Part shown: one piece after another, positions 26,950 through 36,972 of the stretch | Layout of the letters: each line of letters begins with the position of its first letter | Numbering within the stretch: position 1 is the stretch's first letter | Source: an uncultured Spirochaetota bacterium | Lineage (GTDB): Bacteria > Spirochaetota > Spirochaetia > JAFGXN01 | NCBI GenBank assembly: GCA_944390005.1 | Contig: CALXOJ010000010.1 | Coordinates: 610 to 64,609, forward strand | Reading direction: 5' to 3' | DNA length: 64,000 nucleotides | Position numbers and translations under genes: made by a program | Notes under the pieces: model-generated | What the model was told of the DNA's origin: nothing | What the model saw: only the letters and a program-made list of their open reading frames with translations | Database searches by the model: none

Positions 26950-26979
26950 TTGAAAAAAAAACAATTTTGCCGTTATATA
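26950..26979 (+). promoter_or_regulatory. sigma70-type promoter; predicted leaderless mRNA for the STAS operon
   Basis: TTGAAA (26950-55), 18 nt spacer, TATATA (26974-79), 6 nt, ATG at 26986. No SD. Confidence 0.5.
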
Positions 26980-26985
26980 TAGTGT

Positions 26986-27564
26986 ATGGGAGAAAACAAA
27001 AATAATCCTACCGCAATACCGGAAGGATACACATCGGCAAAAAAAAGAAAAGAACCGCTGAAAGTCAAAACCAAAGAAATCGATGAAGTGGATGCCTGTC
27101 GAATTATCTACGTTTACGGTTCATTGGACGCCAATACAGGGTACATCCTTCAAGAAGAGATCGATAAAGCGCTGGCAGCCGGTGTTATCAATTTTATTTT
27201 CGATTTAGAAGATTTAAATTACATTTCCAGTCAAAGCATTGGAATTTTTGGGAATTTGAAAGATACCGTTAAACCGTATAAAGGCGATGTCGCTATGTAT
27301 GGTTTGAGAGGTAAAGTATTGGAGCTGTTTTCTCTTCTCGGATTTACCTCTTATTTCATTGTTACCAACGACATTTACGAGGCGATCGGAGAGTTGCTGA
27401 CAAAAGATACGACTGAAGAAGAAGAGATTGTCTATTTCCCGAAAACCTTTCATTGTCCTATTTGCCAGGCAAAATTGACGGCTCATAAACAAGGCGTTTA
27501 CAATTGCTCAAAATGCAAAACGCGGCTTTTTGTCAATCCGAAGGGAGAAATCTCCCTGATTTAA
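26986..27564 (+). CDS. STAS-domain (anti-sigma antagonist-like) protein fused to a C-terminal zinc ribbon
   Basis: STAS core is YVYGSLDANTG...FIFDLEDLNYISSQSIGIF. The C-terminus CPICQ...NCSKCKT provides four Cys. Confidence 0.7.
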   Translation: MGENKNNPTAIPEGYTSAKKRKEPLKVKTKEIDEVDACRIIYVYGSLDANTGYILQEEIDKALAAGVINFIFDLEDLNYISSQSIGIFGNLKDTVKPYKGDVAMYGLRGKVLELFSLLGFTSYFIVTNDIYEAIGELLTKDTTEEEEIVYFPKTFHCPICQAKLTAHKQGVYNCSKCKTRLFVNPKGEISLI

Positions 27565-27581
27565 TATCGGCGAGGAATTTC

Positions 27582-28328
27582 GTGATAAAAACCGTTGCGT
27601 CAACTGTTCTGTTTTGTTTTCATTATGTACTTGCGGCGGCGTTGTTTATCGCTCTTGATCTAATCATTTTTTCGGGGTATTCTTTCGGCAGCGGAATCGG
27701 ATTTGAAAAAGACGTTTTGCTTCAGCGGGGAATGCTCGTTTTTTTTGTGGCTATGCCTGCCGCTTTTTTTCTTGCTGCTGCCGGATTTCGGATTTTTCGG
27801 AATCCGCAGAGTCGTTTTCAGACAACAATCGGTTTTTTGACGGTATCCGCTGTGCTGTTTTTTGTTCCGATTGTGGTTTTTTCCTTTTCGCCGGTTACAT
27901 CGCCTGTTTTGACTGATTTTGATTATAGTCTTTTCTCTTCAGCAGAAGATAATTTTAATTTTTTACCTTTCAGTGAAATGCTGATCCGCGTTTTTGATGT
28001 ATTGCTTCCTTTTGCTTCTTTTGCCGAAACAATGGTTAAGATCATCGGAATCGGATTGATTCCGACTGTCATTTACGATTTTTCGCTTTTTTTGAGTTTA
28101 ACGGTTTCTATAGATTTTTTTTCTATCGGCCGTTGGCCGTTGTTTAATTTATCTGCTGCGGTAATTTTATTTTGGATTCTCTCCGGTCTTCATAAATTGT
28201 GGCTTATTGCGGCTGCCGGGTTTGAAATTTCCGAAATTGCTTTTGCCGTCGGAATCTCTGCCGTCAATTTTGCGGTGGCTGTATTTTTTATAGCGATACG
28301 GAGGATGACTGTTGATCCGTTACGTTAA
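27582..28328 (+). CDS. hypothetical polytopic membrane protein
   Basis: Phe-rich with about 7 predicted TM helices. GTG 27582 has GAGGAA upstream. The listed ORF start 27504 would overlap the STAS gene. Confidence 0.5.
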   Translation: MIKTVASTVLFCFHYVLAAALFIALDLIIFSGYSFGSGIGFEKDVLLQRGMLVFFVAMPAAFFLAAAGFRIFRNPQSRFQTTIGFLTVSAVLFFVPIVVFSFSPVTSPVLTDFDYSLFSSAEDNFNFLPFSEMLIRVFDVLLPFASFAETMVKIIGIGLIPTVIYDFSLFLSLTVSIDFFSIGRWPLFNLSAAVILFWILSGLHKLWLIAAAGFEISEIAFAVGISAVNFAVAVFFIAIRRMTVDPLR

Positions 28329-29904
28329 AGCCGGTAAAGGACTTGTTTCCGGTTCGATTTTTATCATTGCGTTTTCGATTGCATTGGCGCTGTGTTTTTC
28401 ATATTTTTTATGTGATTTCGAGCTGTATTCCGATTCTTGTTATTACCGCGTTTTTTTTGCCGATGCGGCGGTTTTTTTTCCGTATTTGTTCTTTTTTTCG
28501 TATCTGTTTTTTTTGATGGTTTATGCGTCGGTATCACTGCCGTTTCAAAACACAGATCCGATTGTTTCACTGAACAGAATCTTTGCGGCGGCTGTTTTCG
28601 GAATTGTCTTTTCATTGCTTGCGTTTTTTGTTTTAATTCCCATCGGAAACAAGACAAAAGAGACGGCGCGTTTCCGATCGTCTGTGGCGGTTGATAGTCT
28701 GACAAAGATGACGGAAGCGTTCAAAAATAAAAATTACGAAGAAGCGCTGAATTTTTTAAAAATTTATCAAGCGGTTGATGAAAGCGATGCCGCTCGATTT
28801 TCTTCTTTAGACGAAAATATGTCGTTTGCATTCGAACATCGTCGGAGCCGCAATTTTCCCCATAAAACTTATTGGCTGAACTCCGAAAATTTGGTCAGCG
28901 AATTCGAAACACTGATTGCCTCTCGGAAGCCGGTTCCGGTTCGGACGACCGATAACGACTATGCGCTGAAGAAACTGGCATACGAAAAATATTCATTCGG
29001 AAAAGAAAATCAATATTATCGACCGATTGCCGAAGCGTATGCGATTTTCCGCCATCTGTCCGAACTGTTTCCCGATGATCCGGAAATTGGATTGCACATG
29101 AAACGCGCCGAAAAAGAAATCCATCGCTTCATTCTTGTAAAGGATCGTATTCGAGAAGAGAGCATTTTCCCTCTTTCGCGCAATATCGAATTCATCAATT
29201 TTGATAACGAAGTCGGCCGTCAATTAATTTCGGCGAAAAAATTAATTTCGCTGACAGGTCGGAATTTGGTGGAAGACGTGAAGGTGGAAACGCGTTATGC
29301 CGACGGAAGAAAATCGCTTCTGTTTGCCAAATACGGACGAGTGGAACGCGATCGTATTTTGTTTGATTCGGTTTGGTTGTCCAATCCCGTTGAAATCGAA
29401 ACAGGGCATTTTGTGGAGGGATCAGCGACCGAGGAGGTGAATGAACATGCCGTTCCTTTGTTTGTTCCGTCGCCGCTGCTGCCGCTTTTGGATACTGAAG
29501 CACACGGTTTTGATGCCATTCCGCTGATCGATTTGTTGAGATTGATGCGGGCGGTTCCGACCGAAAGCGAGCGTCTTGCTGTTTATGAGCGGGAGATTGC
29601 CGTACGTCTGATCCGGGTTGTTTTTGTTTTGTTGGCGCCGTTTTTTGTAATGCAAATCGGGCTTTCGTTGGCGCCCGCTTCCGCTTCGGGCGGTAAAACT
29701 CTCATTTTCCGACTGCCGGTTGTTGCCGCTGCGTTTTTTTTGTTCTTTTTTGCCGTTTATTTTATGACGGGCGTGACGGCGGCAGCTTGCGTTTTGTTTT
29801 TCTCTTTGACTCAATTTATTGTTGTGTTAACAATAACGGCAGCGGTCGCCTTGATTTTATTTATCGGCGGCTTTGTTTTTTCGTTTGCCCGTAAAATGCT
29901 CTAA
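28312..29904 (+). CDS. hypothetical membrane protein: 3 TM, ~300 aa soluble domain, 3 TM
   Basis: TTG start with GGAGGA 7 nt upstream. The topology resembles the LptF/LptG layout, but I cannot support homology. Confidence 0.5.
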   Translation: MIRYVKAGKGLVSGSIFIIAFSIALALCFSYFLCDFELYSDSCYYRVFFADAAVFFPYLFFFSYLFFLMVYASVSLPFQNTDPIVSLNRIFAAAVFGIVFSLLAFFVLIPIGNKTKETARFRSSVAVDSLTKMTEAFKNKNYEEALNFLKIYQAVDESDAARFSSLDENMSFAFEHRRSRNFPHKTYWLNSENLVSEFETLIASRKPVPVRTTDNDYALKKLAYEKYSFGKENQYYRPIAEAYAIFRHLSELFPDDPEIGLHMKRAEKEIHRFILVKDRIREESIFPLSRNIEFINFDNEVGRQLISAKKLISLTGRNLVEDVKVETRYADGRKSLLFAKYGRVERDRILFDSVWLSNPVEIETGHFVEGSATEEVNEHAVPLFVPSPLLPLLDTEAHGFDAIPLIDLLRLMRAVPTESERLAVYEREIAVRLIRVVFVLLAPFFVMQIGLSLAPASASGGKTLIFRLPVVAAAFFLFFFAVYFMTGVTAAACVLFFSLTQFIVVLTITAAVALILFIGGFVFSFARKML

Positions 29905-29910
29905 AATTAA

Positions 29911-31191
29911 TTAAACCGGAACACGTTCAATAGCAGCGCCGATGGAGATCAATTTTCCGACAATGTTTTCGTATCCGCGTTCGATTTGATAAATATTTTG
30001 GATTTTACTGACGCCTTCAGCGCAGAGCGCCGCAATGATCATCGCCATGCCGGCACGGACATCAGGCGAACTCAGTTTGGCTCCGTGAAGTTTGGAAGGT
30101 CCGCTGACGACAGCGCGGTGCGGGTCACACAAAACAATGCGGGCGCCCATGCTGATCAGTTTGTCGACAAAAAACATTCGTGATTCAAATAACTTTTCGT
30201 GAATCAAAACCATTCCTTCGACCTGAGACGCGACGACAGTCATGATGCTGGTCAAATCGGCCGGAAAACCGGGCCACGGTGCGTCGTCGATTTTCGGAAC
30301 CGCACCGCCGAGATCCGCCTTGACTTTCAGTTTTTGCTCGGCGGGAACAATGATGTTGTTTCCGTTGACTTCCCATCGAATTCCCAGTTTTTCGAATGCC
30401 AATTGAGTCATGCGCATATGTTCCGGACAAGCGTTTTCGATTTCCAGACGACTGTGGGTAACGGCTGCCAATCCGATAAACGAACCGACTTCCATAAAAT
30501 CGGATCCGATGGTAAAATCGGCTCCGTGCAGTTCCTTCACACCTTCGATAAACAGCAAATTCGATCCGATTCCGGTAATGTTGGCCCCCATCGCGCGCAG
30601 CATCCGGCAAAGATCTTGAACATGGGGTTCGCATGCGGCATTGGTAATTGTTGTCTTTCCTTCACTGAGAACGGCCGCCATCACCGCGTTTTCGGTCGCC
30701 GTAACGCTGGCTTCATCTAAAAACAAATCGGCGCCGACGAGACGGTCCCCCTGAATTTTAAACTCCGAATCAATGTGAATCTCCGCTCCCAGTGCTTCGA
30801 ACGCCAAGAAATGCGTATCGAGACGACGGCGGCCGATGACATCGCCGCCCGGGGGAGGCAAAACCGCTCGCCGGCAACGAGCCAACAACGGACCGGCCAG
30901 CAAGATGGATGCACGCATCTTTTGAGCACCTTCTTTCGGAACCACAACGGTGTTGATATTTTTCGCTTCAAGAGAAAAAACGCCGTCTTCGATTTTTTCA
31001 ATTTCGACGCCGAGTTCCCGCATCACATTCATCATTACTTTAACATCTTCAATTTCCGGAATGTTGCGCAAGACGACTTTTTGATCGGTCAACAGTGCGG
31101 CGCACAAACACGGCAGCGCGGCGTTTTTGTTGCCGCCGGCTTTGATTTTCCCGGAAAGGGGGCGGTTTCCTTCGATAATGTATTTATACAT
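29911..31191 (-). CDS. murA: UDP-N-acetylglucosamine 1-carboxyvinyltransferase
   Basis: GNKNAALP present. The active-site loop is [15 protein letters not shown], with Asp at the E. coli Cys115 position. Confidence 0.92.
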   Translation of the reverse strand: MYKYIIEGNRPLSGKIKAGGNKNAALPCLCAALLTDQKVVLRNIPEIEDVKVMMNVMRELGVEIEKIEDGVFSLEAKNINTVVVPKEGAQKMRASILLAGPLLARCRRAVLPPPGGDVIGRRRLDTHFLAFEALGAEIHIDSEFKIQGDRLVGADLFLDEASVTATENAVMAAVLSEGKTTITNAACEPHVQDLCRMLRAMGANITGIGSNLLFIEGVKELHGADFTIGSDFMEVGSFIGLAAVTHSRLEIENACPEHMRMTQLAFEKLGIRWEVNGNNIIVPAEQKLKVKADLGGAVPKIDDAPWPGFPADLTSIMTVVASQVEGMVLIHEKLFESRMFFVDKLISMGARIVLCDPHRAVVSGPSKLHGAKLSSPDVRAGMAMIIAALCAEGVSKIQNIYQIERGYENIVGKLISIGAAIERVPV

Positions 31192-31245
31192 AGCGACAGT
31201 TTACCCATTCTTTTTTTTCATGTCAAGAAACGGCCGGCAGGATGG

Positions 31246-31274
31246 TAGACTGTTTTCCTCGATTGTTATATAAT
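31246..31274 (+). promoter_or_regulatory. sigma70-type promoter; predicted leaderless mRNA
   Basis: TAGACT (31246-51), 17 nt spacer, TATAAT (31269-74), 6 nt, ATG at 31281. Confidence 0.5.
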
Positions 31275-31280
31275 AAAACG

Positions 31281-31931
31281 ATGAGTAAAATTTGCCTGTT
31301 TTCGGATATTATCGATCCGTTTTCTTTGAGATTAGCGCAAAAATTTTCCGAACATGAACATACAGTTGTCGCTATGAGCGATCTTTCTCTTCCGACGGAA
31401 CATCCCGATTCTGTATCTTTTCGCAATATATGCGTCTATTCGGGGACTCCCGGTTCTTCGTTAGCATCTGTTCCGTTTTTCAGAAAAGTTATCAATGAGT
31501 TTAATTGCATTGATATGCTGCTTTTGTTCGGGCTGCCGGAACGGGCTCCGTCTTCTTTTGAAACTGTCGGGAAATTGTATTTTGAAACTTTTATTGATCA
31601 ACGGATCAAAAATTTAATGTTTTTTTTAAGCGAAGGAGCAAAGCTTTACCGTTCTCAAAAATTGAAAAAGATAGTTTTTGTCGATTATTTTCATTCCGGT
31701 AACGGAGGGGTCGGTAATGCTCTGTGGGAAGGTTGTTTTCGGGCAATGGCGCAGCAAGTGTGTTCAAAAAATTCCGCTTCTGCGGTCCCTGCGGAATGGT
31801 TTCAATTAAGAAACGAAAAACCGGAGACAGCAGCCGCATTTGTTGTCGAACACTTGTCTGATGACAGTAAAACCTATCCGTCGGTTGTTGTTTCTGAAGA
31901 CAAAAAACAACGCAGTTTTTTTCGCTTTTAG
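31281..31931 (+). CDS. hypothetical protein (degenerate Rossmann/SDR-like)
   Basis: Starts MSKICLFSD. There is no glycine-rich dinucleotide motif. The start is chosen from the promoter geometry. Confidence 0.4.
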   Translation: MSKICLFSDIIDPFSLRLAQKFSEHEHTVVAMSDLSLPTEHPDSVSFRNICVYSGTPGSSLASVPFFRKVINEFNCIDMLLLFGLPERAPSSFETVGKLYFETFIDQRIKNLMFFLSEGAKLYRSQKLKKIVFVDYFHSGNGGVGNALWEGCFRAMAQQVCSKNSASAVPAEWFQLRNEKPETAAAFVVEHLSDDSKTYPSVVVSEDKKQRSFFRF

Positions 31932-31937
31932 AGGTAA

Positions 31938-33176
31938 ATGATGAAAAACTGGATTAAAGTTTTGTCGGGGACTGTTGCCGGTGCGTTGATCGGCGCACTG
32001 CTGCCGGCGCACACGGAGTTTTTGGAAACTGCCATTCGATTTCTTTTTCAACTTGCTGTCAACTTTGGGAAATATATTTTTATTCCGCTTGTTTTTTTCT
32101 CGTTCGCGATTGAGGTCTACGAGTTGTATCGACAGAAGCTCCTTCGGAAAACATTCGGACGGGCGCTGGCTTTTTGGAGTGCTGTGACGGTGTCGGCGGT
32201 TCTTTTTGCGGCTGTTTTGACATTGCTGCTCTCTCCTCAACGACTTTCCCATATCGTTCCTGAATCGGAGGTATTTGAAGTACCGCCGCTTTCCGATTTT
32301 CTGCTTTCTGTCATTCCTGCGAATATGCTCGGCGTTTTTTTTAACCCTTACGGCATTCTTTTTCCTGTGATTGTTTTGGCGTTTTTTATCGGTCTCAACC
32401 TTTCATTTGACCGTTTGGCAACCAAATCGATTTCGACGCTGTTTGATTCATTTTCCAAGCTGCTGCAGCACATTAACACTTTTGTCGTCGACATTTTATG
32501 GGGAATGATTTTTTTCATTACGATGGGATTTGTTTATTCTCTGAAATCGGGTGCGGTGATGAACCGCGATATTGTCTATTTTATTTTGTTTCTTGTTGTG
32601 GAAGCGGTTTTTTTTCTTTTTGTTTTCTGTCCCGCCATCATGTTTCTTTTTTTCAAAGAGAAAAATCCGTATAAATTGCTGTTCGGATTAACGGTTCCGG
32701 CTCTGACAGCTTTTGTTTCCGGTGATGTTCTTTTTTCTCATGCGGCTTTACTGAAATACAATGAAAAAAATTCCGGCGTTGAATCGACCATTAATTCGTT
32801 TCTGACCGGATTTTACGCCGCTGTTTTTCGGCCGGGAACTGTTATGATGACCGTTTCGGCATTTTTGATGATTTTAAAGTCGCAGTCGGGGCTGACGGTT
32901 TCATTTGTGTCTGTGACTATCGCTGTCCTGCTGACATTAGCGCTTTCGTTGTATACGGGAACGATTCCGGTTGTCGGATCGTTTTTTTCGGTGATTATTA
33001 TGTGTTCCGTCTACGGAGTCGTGAAATCGGACTCTTACCACTTACTGCTGCCGTTATTGCCGGTAATGTACGGGTTGGCGGCGTTGATTGATACGGTTTG
33101 TTCCGGATTGTGCGTTTATTTGATCGCAAAGCAAACCGGCGCCGTCCGCATCGTTAACGCTAAAGATTTCTATTGA
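31938..33176 (+). CDS. polytopic transporter, possibly dicarboxylate/amino acid:cation symporter-like
   Basis: The N-terminal pattern (GALIGALLP ... IFIPLVFFSF) resembles DAACS, but the canonical NMDGTA and SSSATLP motifs were not seen. Confidence 0.4.
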   Translation: MMKNWIKVLSGTVAGALIGALLPAHTEFLETAIRFLFQLAVNFGKYIFIPLVFFSFAIEVYELYRQKLLRKTFGRALAFWSAVTVSAVLFAAVLTLLLSPQRLSHIVPESEVFEVPPLSDFLLSVIPANMLGVFFNPYGILFPVIVLAFFIGLNLSFDRLATKSISTLFDSFSKLLQHINTFVVDILWGMIFFITMGFVYSLKSGAVMNRDIVYFILFLVVEAVFFLFVFCPAIMFLFFKEKNPYKLLFGLTVPALTAFVSGDVLFSHAALLKYNEKNSGVESTINSFLTGFYAAVFRPGTVMMTVSAFLMILKSQSGLTVSFVSVTIAVLLTLALSLYTGTIPVVGSFFSVIIMCSVYGVVKSDSYHLLLPLLPVMYGLAALIDTVCSGLCVYLIAKQTGAVRIVNAKDFY

Positions 33177-33207
33177 GAGCGGCCGCTTTGTCCGAGTATC
33201 GGCGGAT

Positions 33208-33561
33208 TCATCGGCATCGGCTGACTTCAACCCAAACAGCCGCCGCTTCCGGCAGAATTCCGGGCTTGCAAAGGCGCACGGTTGCCGTTTCGGCTTGCGC
33301 AAACCGTTGAAGAATGCAGTCGCCAATCCGCCCCGCCAGCGTTTCCAGCAGCCTGCACCGAGATTCGGCGACGGTTCTTCGAACCATCTGCGGCAACAGG
33401 GCATAATCGACAGCCTCGGCTATATCGTCGTTCTTTTCGGCTTTTGACGAATCGTAACGGATCACGACTGTCGCAATAACCGGCGTAAGGTGCGTTCGTT
33501 CGTGCTCTTCAACACCGATAATGGTTTCCGACTCGATATTTTCAATTGTAATGACGCACAT
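33208..33561 (-). CDS. folB: dihydroneopterin aldolase
   Basis: 117 aa with IIGVEEHER...DDIAEAVDYALL...LLETLA...KPG pattern. Confidence 0.75.
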   Translation of the reverse strand: MCVITIENIESETIIGVEEHERTHLTPVIATVVIRYDSSKAEKNDDIAEAVDYALLPQMVRRTVAESRCRLLETLAGRIGDCILQRFAQAETATVRLCKPGILPEAAAVWVEVSRCR

Positions 33562-33622
33562 TTTTCTCTCCGATTTTTTTTAACAAAAAAAAGAAAAAAA
33601 ATAAACGATTTTCCCGAATTTA

Positions 33623-33631
33623 TGATATAAT
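33623..33631 (+). promoter_or_regulatory. extended -10 promoter; predicted leaderless mRNA
   Basis: TGaTATAAT (33623-31), 6 nt, ATG at 33638. No SD. Confidence 0.5.
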
Positions 33632-33637
33632 CGGAAC

Positions 33638-34027
33638 ATGATAATCGAGAAATTTTACCCTGCAATCGCCGATACGGACGGATTACGGCATATGAACAAC
33701 TTGTCCATTCAATATTGGCTTGAAAAAGCGCGCAACCCGATTTTTAAAATCTGCAATCCGTCGCTTCTCTTTGAAAACTGGAACCAAATCATGGTTCGAA
33801 GCGAAGTCGATTTTCTTTCACAGATTTTTTACGGAAAAGAGTGTGAAATGAAAACCGGAGTGTCGAAATTGGGTCGCAGTTCAATGCATATTTATCAGGA
33901 ACTGTATCAGGAAGGACGATTGTGCGCCCGCTCGACGGTGGTGACGGTGTTTTTTGATTACCGGGCGCAGAAATCGACGGAAATTCCTTCAGGAATCCGT
34001 TCGGAACTTGAAAAACTGCTTGTTTAA
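33638..34027 (+). CDS. hotdog-fold acyl-CoA thioesterase (4HBT/YbgC-like)
   Basis: 129 aa; the DTDGLRHMNN pattern near the N-terminus is typical of this family. Confidence 0.65.
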   Translation: MIIEKFYPAIADTDGLRHMNNLSIQYWLEKARNPIFKICNPSLLFENWNQIMVRSEVDFLSQIFYGKECEMKTGVSKLGRSSMHIYQELYQEGRLCARSTVVTVFFDYRAQKSTEIPSGIRSELEKLLV

Positions 34028-34089
34028 TCTTTCTGTTCCGAAGAAATTTGTGTTTCCATACGGATGATTTTAAGTTAGCGGGAAAAAAC

Positions 34090-35517
34090 ATGGCGAGAAA
34101 AGATTTACCTTTAATCCGTTTCTATGATCAGGATTTTGTCGATGTTTACGAACAAAGTTGGAATCGAATTGACTCGGCAATGATCAAAGGTTCAACCAAG
34201 AACGGCTTTGCAAAAGAGTTTTTCGTTTATGAACCGTCCGGCGTCATCAATCAAACGGAAGCGATTTTTTCGACCTTTTTTTTGGTGTACAGCAACGGCT
34301 GTTATAACTCATCCTCCTGTCTCGATAACTTTTATGCCAAACAGGAAGCGGACGGAGCTATTCGCGGCGTATATTCGCTTGAGGACGGCCGCCCCATACT
34401 GACCGAAGAGAATCCCGAGGGCGTTTTGCCGCCTCTGTTTTCTTATGCCGAGCTGAATATTTATCACAAAGTCGGCAACAAAAAGCGGTTGAAAGACGTT
34501 ATCGAAATTCTTTGCCGCTATTATGATTGGTTGGAAGAAAAATTCCTTGCCCCTAACGGATTGTACGCTGTGACTCCTTTAGCCGGCGGACGAAACTGCC
34601 CTTTGCGCGCCGAGGCTTTTTACCCGATTGATTTCAACTGTCAGCAGGCGGTGAATGCGCTTTACCTCTCCGCTATCGGCGAACTGTTAAACGACCGCGA
34701 CATCGGATTCAAATACAAAAAAAAGTATTTTTCGCTGAAAACCCGCATTAACGAAAAAATGTGGGATGACGAAGCCGGGTTTTATTTCGATTTGAAAAAA
34801 GACGAATCGTTTTTGAGAGTGAAGTCTTCTGCCGGTTTTTGGGCGGTTTTGGCGGAGCTTCCCGGTGTGGACCGTGTTGACCGAATGGTGAAATTACTCT
34901 CGGACGAAAAAGAATTCGCAACAGAACATCCGTTCCCGTCGCTGGCTTCCTGTGAAGAAGGGTTTTCTCTCGAAGGCAGACGCGATCTCGGCGACGTCAA
35001 TCCGTCGTTGGTTTTTATGATCATCAAAGGCTTGGAAAAGTACAAGTATTACGAGACGGCGCGGGAATTCGCCATTCGGCACCTTTACTTCATTCTTGAA
35101 GTACTGAACGATGAAGAAAGTCCGAAGCCGGATTTGTATGAATCCTACAGTCCGTCGGAAGCCGCTCCGGCTGCAGCCGACGAAACCGGCTTTCCGCGGC
35201 GGAATTTCCTGCCGTATGCCTGTTTGAGCACTATCGCCCTGATGATTGAAAACGTGGTTGGCTTCTACATTTCGCTTCCCAAAAAAACGGTCGAATGGAT
35301 TATGCCGTCTTTGGAGGAGACCGGAATCGAAAATATGCTGCTGAAGCGCAATAAAATCACGATCTACAGCAACAAAAGCGGCCGCGTCGGCGCTTGGGAA
35401 ATTCGGCTTGAATCGGATAAGTTATATTATTTTACAATCAATATTCTGAACAGCAAAAAGAAAAAAACGCTTCCGATTCCTTCCGGTAAGTGTTCGATGC
35501 TGATCGACAAAATGTAA
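34090..35517 (+). CDS. (alpha/alpha)6-barrel glycoside hydrolase-like protein (GH63/trehalase-like)
   Basis: Size and helical-repeat pattern fit. No catalytic motif is firmly identified. I prefer ATG 34090 over the listed 34048. Confidence 0.4.
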   Translation: MARKDLPLIRFYDQDFVDVYEQSWNRIDSAMIKGSTKNGFAKEFFVYEPSGVINQTEAIFSTFFLVYSNGCYNSSSCLDNFYAKQEADGAIRGVYSLEDGRPILTEENPEGVLPPLFSYAELNIYHKVGNKKRLKDVIEILCRYYDWLEEKFLAPNGLYAVTPLAGGRNCPLRAEAFYPIDFNCQQAVNALYLSAIGELLNDRDIGFKYKKKYFSLKTRINEKMWDDEAGFYFDLKKDESFLRVKSSAGFWAVLAELPGVDRVDRMVKLLSDEKEFATEHPFPSLASCEEGFSLEGRRDLGDVNPSLVFMIIKGLEKYKYYETAREFAIRHLYFILEVLNDEESPKPDLYESYSPSEAAPAAADETGFPRRNFLPYACLSTIALMIENVVGFYISLPKKTVEWIMPSLEETGIENMLLKRNKITIYSNKSGRVGAWEIRLESDKLYYFTINILNSKKKKTLPIPSGKCSMLIDKM

Positions 35518-35526
35518 GAGGTGGTT

Positions 35527-36963
35527 ATGGCAGACAAAATTACTCCCCGCGAAGAAAATTTTTCTCAATGGTACATCGATATTGTATTGAATGCGCAGTT
35601 GGCCGATTATGCGCCCGTGAAAGGGTGTATGGTCATCCGCCCGCGCGGCTATGCGCTGTGGGAAGCGGTTCAGAGCGAGCTGAACCGGATGTTTAAAGAA
35701 ACCGGCCACTCCAACGCGTATTTTCCGATGCTGATTCCCGACAGTTTTTTACGGAAAGAAGCCGAACACGTTGAAGGATTTTCTCCCGAACTGGCGGTGG
35801 TGACTCACGCCGGCGGCGAAGAGTTGGAAGAACCGTATGTTTTGCGGCCGACGTCGGAAACCATCATTTGGAGCACCTACAAAAAATGGATCCAATCTTA
35901 CCGCGATCTGCCGCTTTTAATCAATCAGTGGGCGAACGTCATCCGCTGGGAAAAACGGACACGGCTTTTTTTGAGGACGACCGAATTTCTTTGGCAGGAA
36001 GGTCACACCGCTCACGAAACCGCAGCGGAGGCTGAAGAAGAAACACTGCGTATGCTCAATGTTTATAAAACTTTTGTTGAAGATTTCCTGGCTATTCCGC
36101 TTCTGACCGGTCCGAAATCGCAGTCGGAGAAATTCGCCGGCGCTGTCGATACCTATTCAATTGAAGCGCTTTTGCAGGACAAAAAAGCGTTGCAGGCGGG
36201 AACTTCCCACTTTCTTGGGCAGAATTTCGCGAAAGCGTTTGATGTTAAATATCAAACAAGAGAAAAAACGTTAGAATACGTCTGGGCAAGCTCTTGGGGA
36301 GTTTCGACGCGGTTGATCGGCGCGCTGATTATGACACACTCTGACAACAAAGGATTGGTTTTGCCGCCGAAGGTTGCTCCTCAGGAAGTTGTCATTGTTC
36401 CGATTTTTAAAACCGCCGATAAGGAAGAGGTGCTGGCTTACTGCGGCGATTTGGAAAAAGAGCTGAAATCTTCGTTTCGAGTGGTGATGGATGCTGACGA
36501 TAAACAGTCTCCGGGCTGGCGTTTCGCTGAGTGGGAAATGCGCGGTGTTCCCGTGCGCGTTGAAGTCGGTCCCCGCGATTTGCAGAATCGGAAAGCGGTT
36601 TTGGTACGCCGAGATACGGGCGAAAAGAAAACAGTCGACCGTGAATCGGTTGTCGGAGAAATCAAAACACTGCTCGAAGAAATTCAAAAAAATCTGTTTG
36701 ATCGGGCATTAAAATTCCGCGAGGAAAATACGGTTTTTGTCGAAAAATACGAAGATTTTTTGCCGCTGTTTGAGGGGGAGAAGGCGCCCGGTTTTGTCGA
36801 AGCGTTTTGGTGCGGCGATCCGGAGTGCGAAGCCGAAGTCAAAGCGGATACCAAGGCGACTGTTCGCTGTCTTCCGTTCGGACGACAGGAAAACGTCAGC
36901 GGCCGCTGTTTTCATTGCGGAAAGGAAGCGCATCACTTTGCCGTTTTCGCTAAAAGTTATTAG
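35527..36963 (+). CDS. proS: proline--tRNA ligase, archaeal/eukaryote-like type
   Basis: The N-terminus FSQWY...[20 protein letters not shown] is characteristic. About 478 aa with no bacterial insertion domain. SD AGAGGTGG upstream. Confidence 0.92.
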   Translation: MADKITPREENFSQWYIDIVLNAQLADYAPVKGCMVIRPRGYALWEAVQSELNRMFKETGHSNAYFPMLIPDSFLRKEAEHVEGFSPELAVVTHAGGEELEEPYVLRPTSETIIWSTYKKWIQSYRDLPLLINQWANVIRWEKRTRLFLRTTEFLWQEGHTAHETAAEAEEETLRMLNVYKTFVEDFLAIPLLTGPKSQSEKFAGAVDTYSIEALLQDKKALQAGTSHFLGQNFAKAFDVKYQTREKTLEYVWASSWGVSTRLIGALIMTHSDNKGLVLPPKVAPQEVVIVPIFKTADKEEVLAYCGDLEKELKSSFRVVMDADDKQSPGWRFAEWEMRGVPVRVEVGPRDLQNRKAVLVRRDTGEKKTVDRESVVGEIKTLLEEIQKNLFDRALKFREENTVFVEKYEDFLPLFEGEKAPGFVEAFWCGDPECEAEVKADTKATVRCLPFGRQENVSGRCFHCGKEAHHFAVFAKSY

Positions 36964-36972
36964 GAGTTATTT

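Noticed and set aside
28312-28328. The 17-nt overlap between the two membrane-protein ORFs, considered as a sign of a frameshifted single gene.
   Set aside because: The second ORF has its own TTG start with GGAGGA 7 nt upstream, and the first ends after a complete TM segment. This is consistent with two translationally coupled genes.
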